Below, one piece after another: positions 40,501 through 52,500 of a DNA stretch of 64,000 nucleotides. Made by a program: the position numbers and the translations under genes. Origin of the DNA: Thalia democratica (Eukaryota); contig OZ241829.1 of NCBI GenBank assembly GCA_965202585.1, positions 11,842,001 through 11,906,000 of the forward strand, written 5' to 3'. Within the stretch, counting starts at the first letter, position 1. Each line of letters begins with the position of its first letter. Under the pieces are notes generated by a model, which saw only the letters and a program-made list of their open reading frames with translations, did not search any database and had not been told where the DNA came from.

Positions 40501-43500
40501 TTTCAGGTAATAAAAAATATCTCATTCAAGAATGTTTCTGAAATCAAACTAAAAAAGTATCTTACCTAAGTCATAGAAAAGTTTTTTACTTTGAACGTTT
40601 TGATAAGAAAGTTAGGATATTAAACAATTAGATTTGCGAATACAATATCTTCAAGATATAAAGCATATTTATATCTTAGTTTAAGCAAAATTTATATCAG
40701 CATAAACATGATTAACGAGTAGAAAAAAATAATCAAATATGCTGCTGTATTTTTTGTTTGACATTTTTACAGAAAAAGTTTTTATTTATTAACACAGCTT
40801 TTGCATATACTTCAAACTAGTGTATGCCATGTATGTTTACATGGATATATAATTATTGATGCAAAAATGCTCGTTAATTTATACCGCTGTTGCAAAAATT
40901 TGGTAATAAAATACCTTTAAGTTGTATCTACATGTAAACTACTGGTAATTATAATAAAAAACACGAACTAATACATGGTTTTTTTTTCAGAGTTCGAAGC
41001 AAAAACACAAAATTTATTTAAATTAAGATTTCAGTTTATTTTGCAAAATGCTAACAATCTTCATCTAGTAAAAGAAGAAGCATTTAGTATAAAAAAGTAT
41101 GTAAATGACAAGCCTGAAGATTTTTAAAAGGTCATATACATGACGTACACAGATGTACAGAATATTTAAACATGCACCAAGATAAATAATCACTTTTTTA
41201 AGTTCTCAGACGAAAATAAAGACATACAAACAAATCCAAGTATGTAACAGTATGTTTTACAAGTATAAACAAGTCAACACGAAAAATGTAAAACATGTTT
41301 TTAATAACTTATTAACAAAAATTTAAGTTAAATATCACAAAGTAGAATATTTATAAAAGTTTGACTAGTTAGGTTACATATAGTTCAGTTCAAACACTTT
41401 TAAGCTGTACTACAAAATTAGAAACATTTGTGAAACATAAATTATATGGTTGATAAATATTTTAAAACTATAAATTGCAAATAGAAATTCTTTATCACGA
41501 TAACAGAATTCATTAAACCACTTTTCTTTTATTAGAGAAGACAGTATTTTTTTAAGGTAAAACATAACATATGAATGTGAAATACGGTTTTAAAATTTTT
41601 TAACTAATTTAAGCTTTTTTAAAAGCTGCATAATATAAAAGTATTCTTTGTTGTAGACATAGACGAGAAATATAAAATAACAGTCAAGTAACTTAAGATG
41701 ACATTAAAAAATAATCACAGTAAACGGAAGCGACAAACTAAACTTTCAAAGTATCAACTTACTTGCATTTTTTGTGAAACTTTGAGCAACATATATATAG
41801 TTTGTAGTAAATACTAATTTATAATCACCATATCGCTAGCAAAAATGTATGCTACCAATATATCAACTCACTTGCAAGTATCTTGTGAGCTGTAGGGGAA
41901 TTCTGTGAGGTATTGATGGGTGCAATGAGACATCTTTTGTATGAGATCTCTGAGAGTACAGCTAGGTAGAAGTTGCAAGTCTGTTAAATTACATATTCAC
42001 TTATTTTATTTAAAACCGTTTATACATTATAATACTTCTGTTTTTACCAAGTTTAAAGTCTGTTTATGTGTAATGATGTTTTTAGTTATTATATAAAAAT
42101 TTATTAATATATTGATATAAAAAGTAATATTTATGTTTATATTTTAGTATTTTTTAAAAACAAACACAAACAACAGACTAGATATGTTTCGCACCTTAAG
42201 ATCAAAAACTTGTTATTACCTTCATACAAATTATAAGGAAAATTTTATAATATCTGTACTTTTGATTGTTTTCAACTATATGTTGGTTAATGAAAAGTTG
42301 TATGTCTGTAAAAACATTCTTGTTGTCTGTAATGTGAAAGTTGTATTTTAGTGACAAGTTTATGTTTTTTGTTATACCGTAAAATTTTGTAAACAAATAA
42401 AACAAGTTCAACTAAGCTTAATCATGTCAAGTTCTGTTTTATAAAAAAAGATTACAGTTACATTTATTCATTGTTGTAAGTTAAATTTAGAATCTAGCTT
42501 TTAAATAAGAAATCATTTTATATTACTTATATTAAAATTTAAAACATGCTTATTAAAATTATCACATTCATCTCGTTGGGGATTTATCTTCAGTTCAGTG
42601 CACATGAGTAAATAAATTAACAAAAAAAATAATTTAACCAAGTTACCATTTTCAGGAGTATCGCACTCATCCCGCTGAGGATTGACTTTGAGCTCCGTGC
42701 ACATATCCGCGTAGCAATGATGCGTCCGGCAGTTGGTCATGGACTCGTTCCTCATCTCCTTGAACATCTCGATCTCCTTGCAAGTGTACAAGTCCTGAGG
42801 TCTCCTGCAGTACCCGCCTTCGTATGTGTCTGCGGGAGAACTTGAAATTAATTAACAAGTTTTATTTTGACGTTCAACATATTTAAATAAAAATAATGAT
42901 TAAGTTCTAACTATTCTATTTAAGAAAATTCAAACCTAAGGCAAAGCTAACTACTTCTATTTAAAAACAATTTTTTAGTTAAACAAAATAAAGAAAAATT
43001 TAATTGCTTACACTTTTTGAAGTTAAAAAAAAAAAATTAGCACAAAAGTCAGTTGATTTTTTATTTTGTTTATTAAACTTACATGTGACACCATTGTCAA
43101 CATACTGCAGGGTTTCATACAAACAGTAATAATCGGGTCCTGGACATGGGGTGACTGCCACGTTGTCATAGATACCGAACACTCTGTCCCCAGTAACACA
43201 CGTTCGCAATCCTTGAAAAAAAAAATAAATATTAAACTTATTTAATATACCAAACTTTTTGAAAAATAAAACTTAGTAGGAGTTTAAGTGTGCAAAAAGC
43301 TTTATAAAGCCATTGTCTGGATATTTTTTACAAAGAAGTCGTATAAACGGGTAAAATATAAACTGTATAAAAAATAATTAAAAAGTCAAGTTTGTAAGTA
43401 AAACAAAAATGGTGTCCACATATTTGAGGTTGTGAATAATAAAAAAGTACTTAAAATTCTTGTTTTCTATTTAAAAAAAGACTTAAAATTTTATTACCTG

Positions 43501-46500
43501 GGAAGCCGGCAAAAGCACTGCCTTCCACAATTATACTCTCAGTGGGTGTTTCATCAACTTTCTCATCAACTTTCTCATCAACATTTTCAGTAACTTTCTC
43601 ATCAACATTTTCAGTAGTTCCAGTTGTCAATCCAGATCCTTCGACAGATTTTTCCCCAGAACCAGTTTTGTCTGCTTTTTTTTTTGCATTAAATAAAATT
43701 TAATTAATGTACAAATTTGTTTGTAATGCATTTTATTTTTTTCAAACTAATTAGTTGTTATTTATGCAACGATAGCTGCAAAACACAAAACCTTTTAAAT
43801 TTAAAACAATAAATTAGAAGTGCGTATAAATTTATGAGAAATTTATTTAAAACAAAAATTGACACTATACTTTTATGTTGTCTTACATTTTTTTAAAGAC
43901 TTTCAAAAACATTAAACGAATGTTTATCATTTATGTTTTCTCTGTGCTTCTGGTAATACATCGTACTGATGGAGTTTTGTATGGCTTAAGTTGTAAAAAC
44001 TGCGTTTAGTTAAACCTTTTAACTTGAGCTTAAACCGAGTAAGTGCATTAGTCTCAAGCTAAAACGATTGGAATACAGACTAAATGCTGTAACACACATT
44101 AAAGTACTATAAGGCTACTTTCTATAGCAAACCGCATTAGATTATTTTATGAAATTTATTTGATTTCCTCTAATTTCGTTTGTAAAACAAAAGTTCGAAT
44201 ATCGATAACAACTTTTTTTAAACTTTTTTATTCAGTTTTAGTTTATTTCAACTTTTAAAGCTTAGTTTTAAACTACCACTTATACTGGTCTTAAAACTTT
44301 TTAAACTCATTAGTCACAAGCCTAAACTGCTCAACTACTTTTAAATCGTCGAGTTACAAGCTAAAAACACCAAAAATTTACTCTAAGAGCTGGATAAGAG
44401 CTTACCACTCAAATCGCAGTCAGGAGCCTGTAGATTTTCGCTGAAAAACCGGAAGACAATCTCGAGTCCCTTGTTCAAGTCGAGAGCTTGCTGCAGGTTC
44501 AAACCCAAGTTGTCTCTGATCTGGTTGACATTGATCAGGTCGTTCGTCTCGCAATATTGTTGCTGAATTTCCACCACTTTAGTTGCAAAGTTGCTGTAAA
44601 CGCTGTGAAAAAATAAACTTTTTTCAGTAAGTTGTGTAAAAAAAAGTTTTTAATACTTTTATTTTAGCCGTTTATGATTAACAGTTGTTAATAGATTTTA
44701 TTATATTAAAAAAAACGATTAAAAATTTTAATACTGTTTATCCACCTATTTTGTTGCAAAGCCGCCGTGAAAAATTTGATAGGTTTAGTTTATTTTAATT
44801 TTTAAACTTTTTTACTTAAACACTGTAAAAATTTTTATAAGTTTAGTTTGTTTTAGTGACTTGCATGTTTACATTACTGCTTACTATTAAATATTTAAAA
44901 ACTGTTTGCAGTGAAACATTTGTCAACAAAGTTTATTTTAAGTGTTGAATATTTATGATAAAAATTATGCTAAAAACGAAGACTTATAAAACAAAAGCGG
45001 AAGTTAAAAATGAACAAGTTTTGATTAACATTTTTGACGCAAGTTTAAAAAAAAACAACGCAATCAATCAGAAACGAAAAGCTTTAAAATTACCGCTCTA
45101 ATTTTCACGTTAAAAGTTCATTTGAGATGTGAAAACCTTGGCTTCATTGTAAGCTCATTAATTATTACATTTCACTTTAAGCGGTTTATAAAAATGTTTT
45201 TAGACGTCTAAACTCAGTTTAACGGTTATCAAAATCTATTTTTGAACAAATCTGAATTTAATTTGTCAAAAGGCGTTCGTAAAAAGTTTACCTTGTCAAA
45301 AAAAAAACGTGTCTCATAACTCATTTAATAAAACCGAATAGTTTCAATGAAAGCTTTCTTTCTTTATTGTTAAGATTTTTCAAATGACAAAAATATTCTT
45401 TACATTTTCTATTTGACAAAACACTCGATCAAAATAATTTATCAAGGAATTTTTCAAAATATAATAAATAAAATGCATTTAAGTTTGTTTTATATACGTC
45501 TTGTTTAAAATATAAGATATATGTTACAATCGATTTTTTCAGAGGAGAAATTTTATAAGAAATTGTAAAATAATTGCTAAATAAACCACACTTAGAGTAA
45601 AATTACCAAGTTATGAAATTTATACCGAAAAATGTACTCAATAAGTTCAAAACAGTTAGTTTTAAGTTTCAAAGTTGAAGCTAGTTTAAACGAATATTTA
45701 TTACATAATAAGTAAAACGTTGAAAATTACTACTATGTTTCAAATTGTTTAGTAGTAATTTATTTTTGGTAGTATGCACTAGTATAAAATGTTTACCAAA
45801 AGTTTCATTTGTTCGGTAAACGCTAAACACTTTTCTAAAAACTGTCAAAACTTAAATTTTTTTTGAAATAAATAATTTTAGATAAAACGTTGATTTATTA
45901 CTGAAAAGCTTTCGAAAATTGTAAATTAATCAAAAGCGTTTCGATATAACCTCATCTCAACTTTACATTACAAACACCAGCAAACACATATATTTTATTT
46001 AAACGTCACAACTAGCTATTTGTGCAAATTTTCACAACAATTTTTCTCTGAGTGTATATATTACAACAAACCTGCAAAAAGCTTCATGATCGGGTAATTC
46101 CCTCATGTTTTCAAGAAACATGTTCACCAAGGGAACCAGATTCCTGAAGAATTCATCCTGGCAACTTCCTATCTCGTGTAGGTAGGGTACCTGTTTTTTT
46201 GTTTGAGTTTTTATTTCAACAATGTAAACTCTGCAATAATTTTCAAGTTCAACTACTCTACTGACTGTCGTTAAAGATTGCTGAAAAAAATTAATTTAAC
46301 TGCGCTTAAGAAGTTACTAGTATGTTAACTAATTTTAACTGAGAAAAAACATTTTGTAATGTTATAACATTAATAATTTACAAAAAATCTAGACGAAAAA
46401 AGAAATTATGCAAGTTAGTGTCTAACAACAGTTAAAAAAAATAAATCAGATAACAATGACCTGATTGATAAGAACTGCTTTTAACAGCGAGCATATTTGA

Positions 46501-49500
46501 AAATTTTAAATATTTTTTCTTCTAAATCAATAGTTTTAACTGTTTAAATATAAAGAAAAACCTCCAAAAGGAAAACTATTTACCTTAAAACTCAACGCGA
46601 AAGCCTTAAATATTTCATCAAGAAAAAAAAAGTTACTTCTAAAAAAATTTTTATTAGTTCAGCCTTTAGAGTAATATTTTAAAGTTTTTGTTATATTCTT
46701 TTAGTTAAAATTTTTAATCAATTTATTGAAAGTAAAAAACCTAAAGCTATGAACACTTCACCAACCAGAGGGTGAGAAAAAACGTTATTTTTTAATTTAA
46801 ATTTACTGGTCCAACCTTTTAACTAATGCATTATAAATTTATCTTATATGTTTATCTGTAAGTTAAATTAAATACTCAAAATGAAATGTTTAGATTAGCA
46901 TTTACCTTGACGCTCAACATTAAAACCTTAAACATCTTAACGGGAAAACTAAAATAAAAACTTTAATCTTAAACAAAGCTTTATCATTTAAGCTTTTAAA
47001 TTAATGTTTCATAGTTATCATATATTCATAGTAACCAAACTGATTTATTGAAAATGAAAATTCACCCAAGCTCCTTGAATATTTTACTAAGCACGGGGGT
47101 AAACAGTTAAAAAGTTATTGTTATAAAACTAATAAAAAAACAAGAGCATTAATTTATAAACAATAATTGGTGGTTTGAATTAAAAAATATACTATTTTTG
47201 AAAAATGAGTCTGACAAAACTATACTACTTTTCAACTTATTTTATTAAAACACCAAACTAATTTATTGTAAATATAAAATCACCTTCACGCTCAGCCCGA
47301 GAGCGTTGAACATTTCGCTCAGCACCGGCGTGATGTAAACCGCGCCCCGCCACTTGCTGATGACGTCATCCAACTGCTCGTCATCGGGGCAGAAAGCTTG
47401 CAGTACGGGTTCCACGTAGTCGGCCAGCTCGGGGAAGAGGAGTTCCTTCATGCGCTGCACCATCACGTCGACCGACAGCACTTGAATCGTCAGCTGTCGG
47501 ATGTGCTGTCAAGGTTTTTAATTAATTTATAATACATCCTGTTGAAAATTTTTACTGATGTCTAAAGAGACTTATAAGAAACAATTTTAAAAAAACATAC
47601 TTGAAAAATTCTATGGTATTGGTAGCTTATATGATACTTTATAGTTTCTTACAATTTGAACTTTACGCCATTGTTACGTCATTGACATATTTTGCTAAAA
47701 CATAAGTTCTGTCAGTTCTGAACTAACTTAGAATGTTAGCTGCCTGATGTATTTTTATCGCTATTTTCCAGAACAAGGTAAGAAAAATTATCAGTTGTTA
47801 GCTTAGAAAAGATTTATAATTTAAACAATTGTATTTATTTTTTTGGTGCGTTATTAATATACTTTCCACTTGTAAAATATTTAAAACAAGACCAAGTTTT
47901 TCTGTCTAAAAGTGTTCAATGAACTTAATAGTACATTAATATTTAGTATATTTAAAATAAAATAAAAACTGATGCTACACATGTTTTCTCAGTGGTAGTG
48001 TTGAAAAGAAGCGTATATAAACATATTTATTTACGTAAAATTATATCTTTAAAGCTTAAATGACAAGTAATAAATTGATAATTACCGAGTACAATGAACT
48101 CTGCTCTTGTGATATTTGTGATAATTTGACTAAAAAAATTCAACATTTACATAAAACAACGCAGTTAGACTTCGTGCACTTATCTAAAAAGTTTTAGTGC
48201 TGAAATATATGCATCGTTAACTCATACCCCGTAGCATCGAACTGTAAAATACTCATACTTGATAACATAATGAAATTTATTTAAAGTATTTCAGCGCTTA
48301 AAACACACTCATCGTTTGTCGTCACCAAAAACTTCTGACTTGAATGTTATATATATATTAGTTAAATGTTATATATGTATATACTAGTTGTCACCAACCC
48401 CGTACATCGAACGCATGCCTCTGACGTCATCCAACGCGGAAGGGCAGGTTCCTTGCAAGCACTCGTTCAGCATCTTTGCACTGCAAACCAGCATCCCCTC
48501 CGCTCTCGTTCTGATAGAGTTGTAACATATAAATGTGTGTAACTATGTGTACATATGTAACGTCCATACGCATCTTGTTTTTATGTTTTATCGTATTATT
48601 GTAAAAAACCAAATGAAGATTTGTTTTGTTCTGAAGTTTTAAATGACCCTCCGTGCAAAACTGTCACTCGTGCAAAGTTGACTCTTTGTGCGAAATTGTC
48701 TTCGTGCAATTTTGTCTTCTTGCAATTTCGTCTTCGTGCAAAAGTGTCTTCGTTTAATTAAACCCCCTCGTGCAAATTTTCTTCGTGCTATTTTGACTTG
48801 TTCCCATTTATGTACATTTATCTACAGTTTAAAAAAAACTGTCGAATTCAAAAAAAATGCAATAAAGTTGTTTCATATTTTCTTTTGAATATAATTTCAG
48901 CTTTTTAAACTCGAAACGATATATTGATATAAACACATATTGCGAAATGTTTGTTTGACAGACTAATAGTCCACAATGTAAAAATTTAAACTATTAAAGA
49001 ACAATTTAATGTAGTTTTGATAGCGATCAGTCTGTAGAAACTTAATGTTACAATTGTTTAAAAATTGTTCGTGCTTTATTGAAAGTTCCACAAAAAAGTC
49101 ATTGAAAAATTAACTTCTAGCTCGTACCAAGTAGTGAAAATTAAATTTAACAAACAGAACAATACTGTCATTTACATAAAATTTTCAAACATTAGTTTAA
49201 ACTGTTAGTTTACAATGAATGTCAGATAAAACCAATTTATATCCGATACCTATTAGCTAAATGAGCATTTTATATCTTAAGATGAAACAACTCAGTAAAT
49301 TTATAACCTGCAGTTGTACATTTAGCACGAATTTTCTACGTGAAGCATTTACAATAAAAACTTGAGTTTTTGAAAACTTTTTACAAAACACTTCGCTTCC
49401 TTAACATCGATGGTTAACGTTTTTTAAACTAACTCCGTTAAACAAAATAAAAAAATTAACCTGCAACTGTTGTTATGCTTGTAAGGAAGTTCTCTGAGGA

Positions 49501-52500
49501 ATATTTCGTAGCATTCCTTGCTTTTTTCCAGAAATGTTTTCAGAGAACAACTGGGCAACAGCTGGACGTCTGTGTTTTGTTTTTAAAAATTTGTTTTTAT
49601 TAATTAAAACTAAAAACAAACTAAATAAAGTTATAAGACAAATATTTAAAATAAACGAAAAAAGTTTTTAGAAAACAAGTTTTTAATGCTTTTTAACTAA
49701 AGCTGCTTAATAAAAACTTTTTAAAGTTTCTGATTACGGTTGAACTTACTAATAGAATGTATTTTCTAAGGTACAAAACTTAACAAAGACAACATAAGTT
49801 ACAAAAACATAAGTTCTCGACTGCTTTAAAAGATTACGTAGGCCTTGAGTAAGTTATAACTTTTTGTCTTTTTCCTTAAACTATACTAACAATTATTTTA
49901 AGTAACAGTTTTTTTTTTAATTGTCGACGAGCTGTTAAAAATGTTTAATAGACCTAATTAATACAAAAAAAAACATTTTGCAACACTGTTTTAAATGTTT
50001 TTAATCTAATTTCGACCTTAAGAAGTTTCCTGTGTTTTTTTTTTATTAAAGTAGTTTCCTTGTTACAAACAAAAAAAAACTTAGTACTGCACCCTTCTTA
50101 AAATTATTGACAGTTTAACTTAGATTTTATGTAGTTTATTTATACATTTTTAATTTAATTAGTTTGTATTTTTCAAATAACCGTCTTAATTTGAATTTTT
50201 TTTTAATCATTTTTCTTGTTTTTATTGTTTTTTAAATAAATTTGTATGAAAAAAATTAAAATACCAACAAATTTTACATTAACAATTTCACTAAAATGTT
50301 ATATTGTTTATTTATTTTATTAAGCAATTTTGAAACAACCGTCTTCCTCCCTCGGGCACTGTGACGTCATAGGCATGGTTGACTTGAGTGACGTGCACAG
50401 TGACGTGTTGCAAACTTCCACCTTGCAGTTTTCAATGGGCGTTCCCGCCTGTTGGGCCTTTTCAATCATGACGTCACAGGTGTACTGGCGCTGGGGTTCG
50501 TCCAACGGCATGCAAGACCCTCCGGTTAATCGAACTGGAACGGATTTTTTTTTGTTATATATTTTTGTTTATTTATTTAATATGCTGTTTATTTTCTCGG
50601 TTAATGTTTTAAGCTCCCGCTTCTAATCGAAGTGAATAGAAAAATAATTATTTTTAATTTTTGACATACAAGTTGCTACTACCAAATAAACTGAAGCAAA
50701 AAAAAAAAATTTTAATTAAAATTTTAGTTTTGATTATTATGGCACACAAGTTCCCGCTGGCAAATTAACAGAAATTAAATTTTTGTCTTCTTTTTTTTTT
50801 AAATATCTTAAATTAAATTATATAAGCATAATTTATTGTACTCGCTTCTAGTCGGAGTGAATTATTTTTATTAATATAATTTTGTTTTATACTAACTAAT
50901 TGTTATTTTTATTTGCTGTTTGTTTTATTGATTGACAATGCAATATCTGGCTTCCAATTGAACTAAATAAAACTTATTTTTATTTGTTTTTAAGTCATTA
51001 CTTCTCTTTTTTTTTAATTTGTTGATATAATTAAGTTGTTTTGTGTATGACGTGAAAACTATTATTTTTTTAGAGTTTGTAGAGCGTACTTTAGGTAATA
51101 CATTTTTGGTTTTCTTTAATTTTATCGTGTGCAAATTGCTGAAAATTTTTTGAAAATGTTTACTTGATTTAGTGCAAGATTTTTAGTTTTTTTTTATTAT
51201 AAAATTTACTCTCTGAAATATTTTCATATATAATTTACAGCTTGAGTTTTAACAATGTGAGTTTAAATGAAAAAACATTAATAATTTAAAAAGAGGAGTT
51301 TTGATTAGGTTATGAAACTTAACTATCCAGAGTAACTAGTTTTTATGTGAACTCCTTGCTATAGCAACGGTTATTATGACTCTAATAAAATAAAATAAAA
51401 GAAGATACATACAGTTATTACTTCACAAAAGCCTTTGAACATAGCATTTAAAACTTAAATTAACTTCAAATAATATATAGTTGCCTTAAAATATTTGTTC
51501 ATGAAACAAATAAAAAATTATGGTTGTTATCATTAGTTATACTATTTTAAAACCGTTCAGCTTTCACAAAACAGATAAATCAACAAAAATCATGATGAAC
51601 TCGAAAGAGTTCAGCTGCAACATTTTAAACCTTAACAGAGCAGCCGATTACGTTTGAAAATGTTAAAAGTATGAGTTTAATACCAGACAAAAAACATTTT
51701 GAACTTTAACAGCAGCTGATAATATTTAAACAAAAACATTTGGTTTATTTGAAAAATTTATTTCTAAAATCTAAATAGACAAGACTTTTTTTATTAGCAA
51801 ATGCTTTTTTTTAATCGAAACATTGTTTTGAAAATAAAGTGACTGAAATATTTGATTTAGAACAAGTTATAGTTTAGTGACCTGGTGGCCCGCCGTCGCC
51901 GAGCACCAGCGTGTAGGACTCCACCCTGCAGGAGTGGTTCGCATCGGGGCACGAGGCGTCCACCACGTGGTCGATGACCCTCCCGCCGGTGTCGATCCTC
52001 TCACCGGTGGCGCAAGTGAGCACTTCACCTGTAAACATGTTTAATTGAAATTATTCTGCAAATTGCGAAACAAGTTTGTGATTTTAGTAATAACGCGAAA
52101 ATTTTAAACTGTTTCATCTGTGAATGAATTCAAATGAAAAAGTTATTTTATTTTAGAACTTATATGTTTGATATTCAACGTGCCCGATTGGTTTTGTGAT
52201 AAAATAACAATTTCAAATGAAGTCTTACTAATTTAAGTTTAAAACGGCATTTAGTTGAAAATTTCAAACACTTTCTGTTTAGTAAAGTTCGGGCACAATT
52301 TTTGTAGATTTTATCACTTTTATTTTTACATGCTTTGTAAGTTTAACTAAACAAATGTAATTAAAAAAATTTATTCGCCATGCTTTTATTGTATTGAACA
52401 AAGTTTTAGGTTTTTAAGGTTTATGGTTGTGCATTATTTTATAGTGAGATAGTAATTTAAAAGTTAAAGTTCTATGTTGTAATACGACTATAAAAAAATT

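Noticed and set aside
42830-42842. Upstream AAG acceptor for exon 11 at 42841-42842
   Set aside because: It gives the wrong frame. The CAG at 42830-42831 restores YTYEGGYC.
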